The notes: generated from the sequence alone by a model not told the origin. A stretch of 64,000 bases of DNA from an uncultured Methanosarcinales archaeon (GCA_964362365.1 CAYIEF010000003.1:79-64078); one strand, 5' to 3'; positions 1 to 10,411 are shown, numbered from the stretch's first letter. Made by a program: numbers and translations.

Positions 1-57
1 ACAACGGCGTTAACGGTAACAACAATGTCAATAACAATGGTCGCTCAGTCGGAATAG
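1..57 (+). repeat. 3' end of a second DGR template-repeat-like sequence (truncated by window edge)
   Basis: AAY-rich codon run (AAC GGC GTT AAC GGT AAC AAC AAT GTC AAT AAC AAT GGT CGC TCA GTC GGA ATA G) ending GGAATAG, followed by TAGnGCTGnGA, as in the TR/spacer at 39442-39555. Confidence 0.7.
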
Positions 58-103
58 TCACGCTTAGGGCTGGGACATTTTACATTAAATGAAAAGAGCA
101 GAA

Positions 104-180
104 ATCCCCACTATTCCCTGGAAAATGCAACGACATTTTCGGGGTCCCGGAAGCTCACTTCCGCGGACATAGTGTGGGAT
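104..180. repeat. Nested palindromic element (MITE/IS-end-like)
   Basis: Outer imperfect IR ATCCCCACTAT / ATAGTGTGGGAT enclosing hairpins GAAAATG..CATTTTC and CGGAAG..CTTCCG. Confidence 0.5.
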
Positions 181-565
181 GAATGCTGCGATTGATTTCG
201 CTACTTTTCATTCGGGAAATAAAGAAACTACTTTACATGAAATTAGGAACATGAAAACTGAAAAACTATCAGTTTTCAGTTCAGAAATGTGATAGTTTTC
301 ACATTTCTTGAAACTACCTAATTTCAGTACCAAAATGAAGTCTTTGCTTCATTTTGTGTATTTCTGCACAGAAATCAAATCGTCGTTTGATTTCTTGTGT
401 TTCTTTTCAGGATTTTCTTTAATTAGTACATCAACGGGAGTTCAGTTCTATAGTTTGAGCGTTAGCGTTACTTTAAGAACAAGAATCCAGGGGACAATTT
501 CGTTCAAAAACGCAACATTTATATATTATTCATAATTATTGAATGATTATTCACTTATATTGATA

Positions 566-1150
566 ATGATACCGAAGAACACTGCAAGAGTAATTACGTA
601 TTTATTGAGAAATACTGGTGAATTTGGCTATAATATTAATCAGATCGCTAAACTGAATAAAATTAGTGTAGGCAGTGCATTCAAGATTCTTAAAGATCTA
701 GAGAAAGACAAAATCATTATAAAGAGGGAAATCAGCAATGCTTCTCATTATAAGCTAAACTTTGACAATTCCGAAACAATAAAGTTGTGTGAACTTCTTC
801 TTTTAGCTGAAAGGCGAAATCTTAAAGGTCATGCGAAGTTGTATGCTGATGAAGTTGTTAAATTCAAAGATGCTGAGATAATTATTATATTTGGCTCTGT
901 TCTGAAAGGAAAAGAGTTTAACGATGTTGATGTTCTCTTTCTAACCAATCAAACTAAAAAAGTAAACAATTTTTGTTTAGAAATATCTAAAGTTAGAACC
1001 AAACCAGTTGTTCCATTGATTATGAAGCAGGAAGATTTAATAAAAGCATTGAAAAACAAAAAAGAAGCCATCTTAGGTATGATGAAAGAAGGCATTGTGT
1101 TGAAGGGCGAATCAATATTTATGGAGGTAATCAAAAATGTCAATTCATAA
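566..1150 (+). CDS. HTH + minimal nucleotidyltransferase (MNT) antitoxin
   Basis: N-terminal wHTH, FGS..DVD motif; overlaps the HEPN gene. Confidence 0.8.
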   Translation: MIPKNTARVITYLLRNTGEFGYNINQIAKLNKISVGSAFKILKDLEKDKIIIKREISNASHYKLNFDNSETIKLCELLLLAERRNLKGHAKLYADEVVKFKDAEIIIIFGSVLKGKEFNDVDVLFLTNQTKKVNNFCLEISKVRTKPVVPLIMKQEDLIKALKNKKEAILGMMKEGIVLKGESIFMEVIKNVNS

Positions 1151-1613
1151 ACAAAAACTTGACTGGTGTTTGGCAAGAGAAACAAGAATGAAGAAAATTA
1201 AGCCAAATGACAAGTTATCAGAGGAGCATATCAATAAAGCAAAGCATAATCTTCGTGCCGCCGATTATAATATTAAAGGTGGTTTTAGTGATTGGGGCGT
1301 TTCACAATCTTACTATGCTATGTATCATTCTTTACTCGCAGTTCTCTTCAAACTCGGATATGAATCAAAAAATCACGAATGCACGATTAACGCTGTTGAA
1401 TATTTGATTGAAGAAGGTGAAATTGATCTTGATCGGAAAGATATTGCTTTTATCAGAACAACTGAACAAATGACCTCCAAAGATGCAAAATCACTCCGAG
1501 AAGAGTTTCAATATGGGACAGAAACCACTGTCAATGAAAAACTTTTGAAAGAGTTGTTGAAGAATGCTAAGAGAGTGGTTGAAAAAATTGAAATTGCGTT
1601 GAATGAATTATGA
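1137..1613 (+). CDS. HEPN domain protein
   Basis: SYYAMYH and ESKNHEC motifs, R..FQY; coupled to MNT. Confidence 0.8.
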   Translation: MSIHKQKLDWCLARETRMKKIKPNDKLSEEHINKAKHNLRAADYNIKGGFSDWGVSQSYYAMYHSLLAVLFKLGYESKNHECTINAVEYLIEEGEIDLDRKDIAFIRTTEQMTSKDAKSLREEFQYGTETTVNEKLLKELLKNAKRVVEKIEIALNEL

Positions 1614-1767
1614 TTTCATAGAGAGAATTAGAAGAAAAATTTTATTATCGATGATTTTCACTTCTGTTCCTGTCACTTTAGCTTAGCAAAATTGACCTCT
1701 TGGCCTACTAACTAAATACGTACAAACCATAGATCTGTTTTAATAGTCTTATTAATTTCTTGATTTT

Positions 1768-2808
1768 ATGAACCATAAAATAATCTGTTTAATGATGGTA
1801 TCATTATTACTTATAACTTCCTGCACTCAACAAACTGGACAGACGTCTGGAACATCTCCAGCAGGAGAAACATTCGACGATAAATTTGTTGATCGTCCTA
1901 TGGAACCATCTGAAGAGGAAGGAATTCAAGTTACAGAAAAGGGCGTGAAGTATCTGGTTCATCCCAGCAAAATTATCGGTGGAGGCCCTCCGAAAGACGG
2001 CATTCCTGCTATTGATAATCCTAAATTTGTTTCTCTCCCAGAAGCAGATGAATGGATTGAAGATAATGAATTGGTGTTAGCAATTATTTACAAAGGAGTT
2101 AAACGAGTGTATCCTCTGCAAATTCTCGTCTGGCATGAAATTGTGAATGATAACATCGCCGGAGACCCGCTTTTAATCACCTACTGTCCTTTATGTGGTT
2201 CAGGCATTGCCTTTGAAAGAACCATCGAGATTAACGGAAAAAGAGAAGAAGTAGAATTTGGCACTTCAGGAAAATTGTATAACTCCAATTTAGTGATGTA
2301 CGACCGAAAAACTGATACCTATTGGACGCAAATAGATGGGCGCGCGATTGTGGGAGAGTTGGCTGGACAAGAATTGCATGAGCTTTCTATTGATACGGTG
2401 GTGTGGCGCGACTGGAAGAAAACACATCCAGATTCAGAGGTATTGAGCAAAGATACCGGACATAGCAGGCCGTATGGCGTAGATCCGTACGGAAGTTACT
2501 ATGAGAACAGCTTTGTATGGTTCCCGGTGGAAGCAGAAGATAAGAAAGTACATCCGAAAACGGTAATTTTCGGTATTGGAGTAAATGGCGCGCATAAAGC
2601 ATATAAAGAAGAAGATTTAGTCGAGAAAGGAACTATTATTGATGTGGTGAATGGTGTTAATGTGAAAATAGAACGAGATGAAGCGGGGATTGTGAAGATA
2701 ACTAACCTGGATACGGGAGTAGAAGTGGTGAAGGAAAGAGACTTTTGGTTTGCTTGGTACGCTTTTCATCCTAACACTTCTCTTTATGTGGCGGAGAAAA
2801 ATGGTTAA
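1768..2808 (+). CDS. DUF3179-like lipoprotein
   Basis: Lipobox-like ITSC; GGPPKDGIPAID, HEIVND, TYCPLCGS, SGKLYNSNLVMYDRKT, FWFAWYAFHP. Confidence 0.8.
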   Translation: MNHKIICLMMVSLLLITSCTQQTGQTSGTSPAGETFDDKFVDRPMEPSEEEGIQVTEKGVKYLVHPSKIIGGGPPKDGIPAIDNPKFVSLPEADEWIEDNELVLAIIYKGVKRVYPLQILVWHEIVNDNIAGDPLLITYCPLCGSGIAFERTIEINGKREEVEFGTSGKLYNSNLVMYDRKTDTYWTQIDGRAIVGELAGQELHELSIDTVVWRDWKKTHPDSEVLSKDTGHSRPYGVDPYGSYYENSFVWFPVEAEDKKVHPKTVIFGIGVNGAHKAYKEEDLVEKGTIIDVVNGVNVKIERDEAGIVKITNLDTGVEVVKERDFWFAWYAFHPNTSLYVAEKNG

Positions 2809-3097
2809 AGCAATTTTCAACGGAGAAGTTATTGCAGAAAGCGACAAGTGTATAGAAGTAGAAGGGAACCAATATTTTTCTCAAGATTCAGTGAAGAAAA
2901 AATTTTTAAAGAAAAGCGGCAACACTTACACCTGTTCTTGGAAAGGTGTCTGTGATTATTATGATGGTCAGAGAGCATTTATTAAGATTGAAGAGCCACG
3001 ATTATATAATGTTGTTGATGGAGAGTATGAACGGCATACCTTGAAATTAAGGGTGTCGGATGCAGGATTTTCTTTCCATGCTTTTACGTTTGGGTGA
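2801..3097 (+). CDS. DUF427-like protein, C-terminus divergent or truncated
   Basis: KAIFNGEVIAES, VEGNQYF and CSWKG..YYD motifs, then an unrelated tail. Confidence 0.6.
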   Translation: MVKAIFNGEVIAESDKCIEVEGNQYFSQDSVKKKFLKKSGNTYTCSWKGVCDYYDGQRAFIKIEEPRLYNVVDGEYERHTLKLRVSDAGFSFHAFTFG

Positions 3098-3140
3098 TAT
3101 CTTCATTAATTTTAAATACTCACAGCTCTTACTCAGGGTT

Positions 3141-3416
3141 ATGCCTTATTTGAAATTTGCTTCAGAAAAAGACGGCGAGAGAGCTTTGGACATTGAGACG
3201 AGATTAGCTGAAGAAAATAGCGGGAAAGTCCAAGGCCCGGTAGCAGTAATGCGTGATCCCCATTTTGGAAAAATCTATTTTTATTCTCAAGAGCCGTATC
3301 TTAAAGCTTTTGATAAAGAAGATCTCAAGTATCAGATAATTGAGAAAGGGCAAATTTCAGCGCCGTATGCAGAAGTTTTGCGTGAACTTCATCCGGATTT
3401 TTTAAACGAATTATAA
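3141..3416 (+). CDS. hypothetical protein
   Basis: ORF with TATA-like TTTAAATA upstream of the ATG. Confidence 0.5.
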   Translation: MPYLKFASEKDGERALDIETRLAEENSGKVQGPVAVMRDPHFGKIYFYSQEPYLKAFDKEDLKYQIIEKGQISAPYAEVLRELHPDFLNEL

Positions 3417-3473
3417 CCCTTTCTAGTCAGGAGATGCTTAAAATTTAAATATAATACTGCCTTTGAAGATAAA

Positions 3474-3869
3474 ATGGCAAATAAAAGAATAAAAGTAAGG
3501 GGAAATACACTGGGAAAAGTAGATTATGCTACAGTAGCTAAAGGGTTGGGAGCGGAAATAGTAGATATACCTGAACTATCTAAGCAAGAATCAGAAAAAT
3601 ATGAAGTATTAGGAGTGCCAGTGGTAATACCTGAACTAACTCCCGCCATTTCTTCCCAAGCTGCAAAGTCAACATTTTTAGGTTTTGTTAAGTATCACGG
3701 CTCTAAGATGCTTCAGCAAAATGGCAGTTCAATTGATGACGTTATTGGCTACCGCGTTCTGGACGCAGATGAAGAGCAGGAATTCAGGCAGCAATGCGCT
3801 AACGAAAGAAACGATCCCCGTTATCTTACTATGCCGGTAGTACGATATTATAAACAGAAAGAAGAGTAA
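3474..3869 (+). CDS. hypothetical protein
   Basis: 131-aa ORF with upstream TATA. Confidence 0.55.
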   Translation: MANKRIKVRGNTLGKVDYATVAKGLGAEIVDIPELSKQESEKYEVLGVPVVIPELTPAISSQAAKSTFLGFVKYHGSKMLQQNGSSIDDVIGYRVLDADEEQEFRQQCANERNDPRYLTMPVVRYYKQKEE

Positions 3870-3899
3870 AATAATAACAACACTTCTTCAGTAAATTAT

Positions 3900-4115
3900 T
3901 CACTTAAATTTTCCTTTCTTTGAAAGCTCTTCCACTGCTTTGCTAAGTCTGGCAATGTTTTTATGGAAGTCCTTTTCCAGTTCTTGATATAATTTCACGC
4001 TTTGAGGCATTTTCTGCCGTTTTGCTTCCGGAAGGGCATGTTTCTTAACAAAATTCAACATCCTACTCATCTCATGAAGCAGCTTTACTTTATCATAGCA
4101 ATAATCTTTTAGCAT
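3900..4115 (-). CDS. hypothetical small helical protein
   Basis: GAGGTGA RBS; follows glutaredoxin. Confidence 0.6.
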   Translation of the reverse strand: MLKDYCYDKVKLLHEMSRMLNFVKKHALPEAKRQKMPQSVKLYQELEKDFHKNIARLSKAVEELSKKGKFK

Positions 4116-4124
4116 ATTCTCACC

Positions 4125-4361
4125 TCATTTCTTCTTCAATGCTTTCTCGATCGCTTTCGGGTCGTAACCAACAATGATTTGATCGCCGATCTCCAGCACC
4201 GGGACGCCCATTTGTCCGGACTTTTCGATCATTCTTTTTCTTGCTTTTTCATCCGAAACAACATTATACTCAGTGTACTTAATCTTCTTCTCCTTCATCC
4301 ATTCCTTGGTTTTCTTGCACCAGGGACAGGTGGGAGTGGTATAGATTTTGACTGTGGCCAT
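4125..4361 (-). CDS. glutaredoxin (NrdH/YruB-like)
   Basis: CPWC active site, SGQMGVPV, IVGYD; GGAGGTG RBS. Confidence 0.9.
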   Translation of the reverse strand: MATVKIYTTPTCPWCKKTKEWMKEKKIKYTEYNVVSDEKARKRMIEKSGQMGVPVLEIGDQIIVGYDPKAIEKALKKK

Positions 4362-4449
4362 TTTTACACCTCCGTCTTGTGAGGGTAATTTCCCTTCGTT
4401 TATAATATTTTTCAAAAACTTTATTAATCTTCTTCTTCAGAAATACTTC

Positions 4450-4902
4450 ATGGAGCATAAAATCAGGAAGAGACTTCTCAAGCTTCTTATTTTTATCAGC
4501 TTTCTGGGAGTTGCGACTTCTGCCTATTTGCTCTACAATCATTACCTCCCTGAATCGCAGAATGGATTATGCGTCAGCGCCAATGTTTTTTCCTGTTCCG
4601 TCGTCAATACCAGCAAATACGCAACTTTATTTGATCTGCCTGTAGCTTTATACGGCATAGTTTGGTTTGTTCTCTTGGGCTTGTTATCAGGAGGAGCTTT
4701 GAAGCAGCAGACGCATATACCTAAGCTCTTTTGGTGGAATGTTTCTGGTTTTGGGTTTGTAATTTACTTGCTAATAGCAGAATTTCTGCTGAAAACTATC
4801 TGTCTTTTATGTACTGGCGTCCATGCTTTGGCATTGGCAGCGTTCATAATTTCAACAAGTTTATATATTTCACAATCTAAGAAACTAAAAGAAGCGCTAT
4901 GA
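4450..4902 (+). CDS. vitamin K epoxide reductase (VKOR) family protein
   Basis: C..SC..V..S.YA loop, TM helices, CLLC motif. Confidence 0.85.
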   Translation: MEHKIRKRLLKLLIFISFLGVATSAYLLYNHYLPESQNGLCVSANVFSCSVVNTSKYATLFDLPVALYGIVWFVLLGLLSGGALKQQTHIPKLFWWNVSGFGFVIYLLIAEFLLKTICLLCTGVHALALAAFIISTSLYISQSKKLKEAL

Positions 4903-4911
4903 GGTGACGTA

Positions 4912-5016
4912 ATGGCTAAAAAGAAAGCAGCGGCAAAAAAAGGAGCAAAAAAGAAGGGAAAAAAATCTTCGAAAGAAAAAGTGAAGAAAGGCAAGAATGT
5001 CTGTGAATTTTGTTGA
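4912..5016 (+). CDS. 34-aa Lys-rich microprotein with C-terminal CEFC
   Basis: Hand-translated MAKKKAAAKKGAKKKGKKSSKEKVKKGKNVCEFC*; GAGGTGA RBS. Confidence 0.6.
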   Translation: MAKKKAAAKKGAKKKGKKSSKEKVKKGKNVCEFC

Positions 5017-5065
5017 GCAAACATTTATTAACTTTTTTATTTATCTTTAATTTAAAAGAGGCCTG

Positions 5066-5938
5066 ATGGTGACTATAAAACCTTTAAAGAAAATAACCGA
5101 CGTAAAGAGATTAAAACTTCTTGCCAATCAAATCAGGCAGGACCTCATCGAGGCCTTGGTTTCAGCAGGTTCAGGACACAGCGCCGGCCCTTTGGGAATG
5201 GCTGATGTTTTTACTGCATTATATTTTAATGTCCTTAAACACAATCCAAAATTTCCTTTCTGGGAAGAGCGCGACAGACTAGTTCTTTCCAACGGACACA
5301 TTTGTCCAGTTTTATATTCTACTATGGCTAATGTTGGATATTTTCCTCGAAAAGAATTGAAAACCTTGCGTCATTTCGGCACGCGTCTGCAGGGACATCC
5401 CCACCGAGCAGCTCTGCCGGGTTTGGAAACAACCTCCGGTCCATTAGGTTCTGGATTAAGCCAAGCAACTGGTATGGCCTATGCATTTCAGATGGACAAG
5501 AAAAAGAATAAAGTGTATTGCCTGATGAGCGACGGCGAGCAAGAAGCAGGACAGACCTGGGAAGCAGCTCTGTTTGCTGGGAAAAATAAATTGCATAATC
5601 TTGTCGGCATAATCGACAGAAATAATATCCAAATAGATGGGCATACTGAAGACATCATGCCTTTAGAACCATTAGCGGATAAATATCGTTCATTTAATTG
5701 GCACGTAATAGAAATTGACGCCAACAACATCAAAGCAGTCATTGATGCCTGTGACGAAGCAAGGACCATTTACGAAAAACCCACTGTTATCATTGCGCAC
5801 AACATTCCCGGAAAAGGAGTTTCCTTCATGGAAAATGATCATGAATGGCACGGCAAGCCGCCGACAGCGGAGCAGGCAAAGGTTGCACTTGCTGAATTGA
5901 AAGTGTGGCGGGAAAATATTATGAAGAATAGGGATTGA
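5066..5938 (+). CDS. transketolase, N-terminal subunit
   Basis: SGH, DRLVLSNGH, LQGHP, SDGE..N TPP motif, WHGK. Confidence 0.95.
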   Translation: MVTIKPLKKITDVKRLKLLANQIRQDLIEALVSAGSGHSAGPLGMADVFTALYFNVLKHNPKFPFWEERDRLVLSNGHICPVLYSTMANVGYFPRKELKTLRHFGTRLQGHPHRAALPGLETTSGPLGSGLSQATGMAYAFQMDKKKNKVYCLMSDGEQEAGQTWEAALFAGKNKLHNLVGIIDRNNIQIDGHTEDIMPLEPLADKYRSFNWHVIEIDANNIKAVIDACDEARTIYEKPTVIIAHNIPGKGVSFMENDHEWHGKPPTAEQAKVALAELKVWRENIMKNRD

Positions 5939-5940
5939 AG

Positions 5941-6957
5941 ATGGGAAAACTAAATCCAAACGCGCATCTGGTGGAAAATCTGTATGCAAATGACATCAAG
6001 AAAGTGAAAACCAGAGACGGCTATGGAAAGGGATTGGTAAAAGCTGGTGAAAAAAACAAAAATGTAGTTGTTCTTTGTGCCGACTTGTCTGAATCAACCC
6101 GCAGCGAATGGTTTCAGAAAAAATTTCCTGACAGGTTTGTGGAAATCGGCGTGGCCGAACAAAACATGGCTTCCCTGGCTTCCGGCATGGCCGCGGCTGG
6201 AAAGATTGCTTTTATTTCGTCGTATGCTGTCTTCAGTCCGGGAAGAAATAATGAGCAAATCAGAACTACAATCAGCTATAATAGTTGGGGCAGCAAACCG
6301 GGAAAAGAAATCAATGTCAAGATTGCCGGAGCGCATGCAGGCATTTCTGTCGGTCCCGATGGAGCAACGCATCAAGCATTGGAAGATGTGGGATTGATGC
6401 GCTTGCAGCCGGGCATGACAGTTATTGTTCCCTGCGATGATCAGGAATGTGAAAAAGCAACGGTAGCTGCCGCAGAAACTCCAGGGCCGGTCTATCTTCG
6501 TTTCGGCAGGGCAGATTATCCTTCCATTACCACGGACAGGACGCCTTTCCAAGTGGGGCGAATCGAAGAATTCCGCTCGGGAAAAGACTGCACTATTGTT
6601 GCCAATGGTCCTTTGGTTTACGAAGCATTGATCGCGGCTAAGAAATTGGAAAAAGAGATTGACTGCCAGGTGTTGAATTGTCATACCGTAAAGCCTTTAG
6701 ATGGGCGGACACTGCTTGCTGCGGTTAGGAAAACTGGCTGCGTGGTAACGGCAGAAGAGCATCAATGGCAGGGCGGTTTAGCCGGCGCAGTGGCAGAATT
6801 TTTAAGCGAGAATTATCCGGTTCCAATTAAAAGGGTAGGTGTTAAAGATAGGTTTGGCGAAAGCGGAAATCCAGATGAATTGTTCAAGGTGTTTGGCTTG
6901 ACGTCGGATGATATTGTCAAAGCGATAAGAGCTGCCGTGAGGATGAAAAAGAAGTGA
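5941..6957 (+). CDS. transketolase, C-terminal subunit
   Basis: GVAEQNM, GPDGATHQ, GPVYLR, EEH, FGESG. Confidence 0.95.
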   Translation: MGKLNPNAHLVENLYANDIKKVKTRDGYGKGLVKAGEKNKNVVVLCADLSESTRSEWFQKKFPDRFVEIGVAEQNMASLASGMAAAGKIAFISSYAVFSPGRNNEQIRTTISYNSWGSKPGKEINVKIAGAHAGISVGPDGATHQALEDVGLMRLQPGMTVIVPCDDQECEKATVAAAETPGPVYLRFGRADYPSITTDRTPFQVGRIEEFRSGKDCTIVANGPLVYEALIAAKKLEKEIDCQVLNCHTVKPLDGRTLLAAVRKTGCVVTAEEHQWQGGLAGAVAEFLSENYPVPIKRVGVKDRFGESGNPDELFKVFGLTSDDIVKAIRAAVRMKKK

Positions 6958-6963
6958 TGGAAC

Positions 6964-7137
6964 ATGACTAAGAAAGCTGCAAAATCAAGATTGCCGAAAA
7001 CACGCAAAGGTTTTTCCTGCATTAAATGCGGCTATGAGGCGTATAAATTAGCTGCTCTGTCTCATTGTCCTCTTTGTGTGATCTGCAAAGGATGTAAGCA
7101 GAAAGTTGGGAAGTGTAAGTGTAAGGAAGGAGAGTAA
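6964..7137 (+). CDS. 57-aa Cys-rich microprotein (8 Cys)
   Basis: Hand-translated MTKK...CIKC...CPLCVICKGC...CKC; directly follows transketolase. Confidence 0.6.
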   Translation: MTKKAAKSRLPKTRKGFSCIKCGYEAYKLAALSHCPLCVICKGCKQKVGKCKCKEGE

Positions 7138-7197
7138 AGTAAAATTTATATACTTCTTCTCTTAATTCTGGGCAATAATTTGTAGGCGTGAAACATC

Positions 7198-7296
7198 ATG
7201 GTCATGAAAGAATGTCCAGCTTGCGGGGAAGAAGTCGATAAGGATGATATTTGTCCTGACTGCAAGAAATGCGTAAGCTGCTGTGAATGTATCTAG
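7198..7296 (+). CDS. 32-aa Cys-rich metallothionein/zinc-finger-like peptide (8 Cys)
   Basis: Hand-translated MVMKECPACGEEVDKDDICPDCKKCVSCCECI*; TTTATATA at ~7145. Confidence 0.6.
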   Translation: MVMKECPACGEEVDKDDICPDCKKCVSCCECI

Positions 7297-7391
7297 GTAG
7301 TTAAAAACTATTTCTGTTTTCTTTTTTTCTGGTTTTTGCCGGCTGATGAGATAATTAAGCCGTGGCATATAAGAAATAAAATAATTAGCGA

Positions 7392-7691
7392 TTAGCGAAA
7401 CAAGCCTAATCTGACGTTTAGGATATATTCCAGTCCGAGAACTTCTTCAGTGAAGCCTGATGCCTGTTTCGTTCCATCAAATAAAAATGCGATGCTGCCA
7501 GGATCAGCAGATTGGCTTAAGGACGGAATTGTTTCTGACGTGCCAAAACTTTTGTATTCGTATTTTAGAGCCAGCTCCAGCAGCTGGTAAATGTCTTTTG
7601 GCTCAGCCTTTCTGCTAAAATAGATGCTTACATAATATCCGCTTAAAAAATTTCCATTTGCACAGTCTGCCGGATTTGCCGAACCTTCCAT
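7392..7691 (-). CDS. hypothetical protein
   Basis: GGAGGT RBS upstream. Confidence 0.5.
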   Translation of the reverse strand: MEGSANPADCANGNFLSGYYVSIYFSRKAEPKDIYQLLELALKYEYKSFGTSETIPSLSQSADPGSIAFLFDGTKQASGFTEEVLGLEYILNVRLGLFR

Positions 7692-7807
7692 AAATCTACC
7701 TCCCTAAATTCTTAAAATAAATAATCTGCCTCTCCCTCTTCAAAGCAGCTTTCTTAGTTCTAAAAGTACCAAGCACTTTCTTTCCATCTTTAGTGTACAA
7801 GACCCGT

Positions 7808-8047
7808 TTATAACCCTCTTTTTTTATGACCATTTTTCTCCTCTAGGATGCTTTGAATCGTCCATTTGCCAGTTTTTTTCAATCGTGCGACAATAGCTTT
7901 CCCCTTCGCTCCTTTAGGAGCATCACGAACGGAGTGACTTGACTTTTTTCCTTTATAGGTGGTGTGGCTCAGTGGAACGGTACGAAAGCTTCCTTTGACA
8001 AACAAATTAGGATCTTTCAGGCGGTGGCGTTGGTATTTGCTAGTCAT
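7808..8047 (-). CDS. hypothetical basic protein
   Basis: Starts 3 nt after the oxidoreductase stop. Confidence 0.55.
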   Translation of the reverse strand: MTSKYQRHRLKDPNLFVKGSFRTVPLSHTTYKGKKSSHSVRDAPKGAKGKAIVARLKKTGKWTIQSILEEKNGHKKRGL

Positions 8048-8050
8048 AAT

Positions 8051-9415
8051 TTACATCGGTACATTCAACGCTGCTCTTTGTACTACTTCCGATAACGCTG
8101 GATGCACGTGAACAGTATTCCGCAGCAAATCCAGAGCTTTATTCTTCCCAGCTTTCATGGCTACGCACACTTCATGCAGCAGCACTGATGCCTCAGGACC
8201 TATGATATGGCATCCGAGGATTTCTTTCGTTTTCTTATCGACAATAAATTTCACAAATCCGTGTTTCTCTGCCAGAGCGATTCCCTTTGCAGTTTGATGG
8301 TAATAGTATTTACTGGCAACATAATTTTTCTTCTGCTCCTGCGCTTCCTGTTCGGTTAACCCAACACCGGCAATCTGCGGAGAAGTGAAAATGGCATGAG
8401 GCATGGGATAGTAATCAACTGCTTTTTTCTTGGAGGCGATATTGTTCAAAGCGTAGTCCGCTTCTAAATTAGCGCTGTGTCTGAACAAATATATACCGGC
8501 AATATCTCCTAATGCCCAGATGTTTTTGACATTTGTTTCCATAAATTTGTTGACTTGAATAAAGCCGTTTTTGTTGTTTTTAACTCCAGTTTTTTCCACT
8601 TGAAGCGTATCAGAATTTGGTTTCACGCCGGTAGCAACCAGCAGTTTCTCTGCGGATATTTTTGTAGTAGAATTTCCTTGCTTTACGGTAACAGCAATAT
8701 TCTTACCTTGTTTTTCCACTTTCACGGCATCAGCATTAGTCAGAACAGTGTATCTTTTTTTCCAGAGTTCGGTAATGAGTGCAGCCACGTCTTTATCTTC
8801 CCGAGGAACTAAAAGGGCATTGCGCTGTATAATGGTAACCCTAGTTCCCAGTTCTGCATAGAAAAATCCCAACTCTGCTGCAATATAACCACCGCCGATG
8901 ATAATCATGCTTTTTGGCAAGACTGTTTGGCGCAGCGCTTCCGTGCTGGTCATATATGGCACTTTATCCAATCCTGGAATAGGCGGAATGAAAGGCCTTG
9001 CACCAGCAGCAATAAGAATTTTTGTTCCTTTTATTCGTTCGCCATTTACTTCTACAATATATTTGTCCACAAACTTTCCTCTGCCTTTGAATAAAACTGG
9101 ATTTTTTCCGGCGCGAACATTTTTCTCAATAGAACGCGCATCAGCGTCAACCGTATTGCTGGCTCTATCGGTTGTAAACTTGAAATTCACTTTTTTAAGA
9201 GATGCAGTAAGGCCAAATTCAGAAGCGCGATGAATCATCTCTGCCACTTCTGCCGACTGAATGATCATCTTAGAAGGAATGCAACCTCGGTTCAGGCAAG
9301 TTCCGCCCATGGGGCCTTCTTCCACCATGGCTACTTTCAATCCTTGTTCAGCTGCTCCCGAAGCAACATTTAATCCAGCGCCTGCTCCGATAACGATTAA
9401 GTCGAAGGTTTTCAT
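8051..9415 (-). CDS. class I pyridine nucleotide-disulfide oxidoreductase (dihydrolipoamide dehydrogenase/mycothione reductase-like)
   Basis: GAGAG FAD motif, [24 protein letters not shown]. Confidence 0.92.
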   Translation of the reverse strand: MKTFDLIVIGAGAGLNVASGAAEQGLKVAMVEEGPMGGTCLNRGCIPSKMIIQSAEVAEMIHRASEFGLTASLKKVNFKFTTDRASNTVDADARSIEKNVRAGKNPVLFKGRGKFVDKYIVEVNGERIKGTKILIAAGARPFIPPIPGLDKVPYMTSTEALRQTVLPKSMIIIGGGYIAAELGFFYAELGTRVTIIQRNALLVPREDKDVAALITELWKKRYTVLTNADAVKVEKQGKNIAVTVKQGNSTTKISAEKLLVATGVKPNSDTLQVEKTGVKNNKNGFIQVNKFMETNVKNIWALGDIAGIYLFRHSANLEADYALNNIASKKKAVDYYPMPHAIFTSPQIAGVGLTEQEAQEQKKNYVASKYYYHQTAKGIALAEKHGFVKFIVDKKTKEILGCHIIGPEASVLLHEVCVAMKAGKNKALDLLRNTVHVHPALSEVVQRAALNVPM

Positions 9416-9762
9416 GCTTGCTCCTCTTCCTTCAGAATAACCATAATTTCTTTTTTTAATTTAGGGAGATCTTTCTTAACAATTTCCCAAACTATATCTA
9501 AATCTACACTGAAATAAGCGTGGATCATAACATCTCGAGACCCAGCAATTTTCTTCCATTCCACTTCTGGGTGTTTAGCCTTGAGTTCTTTTGGAATATT
9601 TTTTACCGCTTCACCTATAATTTCAATTCTTCTGACTGTCGCATCTTTTACGTCTTTATTTTCCTTAAATTCTTCTTTGGATAAACCATTAACAGAATCT
9701 TCAATATCATGAACGGCATCCAGGATATGTTTCAGGTAGGGAATATTCGCATAACGAGTCAT
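9412..9762 (-). CDS. HepT-like (DUF86) HEPN toxin
   Basis: IEIIGEA and R-DVMI-H-AY RNase motif. Confidence 0.9.
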   Translation of the reverse strand: MTRYANIPYLKHILDAVHDIEDSVNGLSKEEFKENKDVKDATVRRIEIIGEAVKNIPKELKAKHPEVEWKKIAGSRDVMIHAYFSVDLDIVWEIVKKDLPKLKKEIMVILKEEEQA

Positions 9763-10052
9763 AATATTTTAATCTCATCAGCAAGGATGTATTTCTTTAA
9801 ATAAGGATGAATTGATTTATACGTCAATAAATCAACTTTTTTTCCTAATTTTTCCTCTAATTCCAGTTTTATTCCAACAAATTCAAGGCCGGTTCCTTTT
9901 GGCGGCTGGATAAGGATATCAATATCGCTTCGTTTCTTCGCTTCTCCTCTGGCATAACTCCCAAAGATGCTTGCTTTCAGTACCCCATTTTTTTTAAGAA
10001 TAGGTACCACTACTTTGGTAATTTGTTGTAACTTTTTATCTTTTATTTTCAT
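9759..10052 (-). CDS. MntA-like minimal nucleotidyltransferase antitoxin
   Basis: [18 protein letters not shown]; overlaps the toxin start. Confidence 0.9.
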   Translation of the reverse strand: MKIKDKKLQQITKVVVPILKKNGVLKASIFGSYARGEAKKRSDIDILIQPPKGTGLEFVGIKLELEEKLGKKVDLLTYKSIHPYLKKYILADEIKIL

Positions 10053-10117
10053 TTGTTTTTAGGAAGGCGAAAATACTATTTAAAAGTATCTTCTGCCACA
10101 GATCAAGTCAAAGGTTT

Positions 10118-10411
10118 TCATTGTTTATCTTTGTGAACGTATACCATTCCAATGTATTGTATATCTAAAGGTGTTCCCTTATAATTGTCCTTGAGAACTT
10201 CATTCTTTATTTTTGCTAAAAGATCTTTCTCAATTGGGTCTGGGCTTCAAGGAAGAGGCTGAAGCCTTACTGCGATATGGATTTTTCCTTCCAACAAACT
10301 AATCCCGCAAGCCATGCTGTAGCCTAACTCTTCTACTTCCGGTCGCTTTTCGTTCATGAAATCCATCTTTAGCTTACTAAAATATAGTTTATTCAAAGAC
10401 ATTTGCACCAT
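10118..10411 (-). pseudogene. hypothetical ORF with one internal in-frame TGA
   Basis: AAGGAGGT RBS; 98 codons; TGA at 10247-10249; frame continues to YKGTPLDIQYIG... Confidence 0.5.

Noticed and set aside
308..535. 75-aa ORF and the many short antisense ORFs in the track
   Set aside because: These are shadow ORFs of real genes or AT-rich intergenic DNA with no motifs or RBS.
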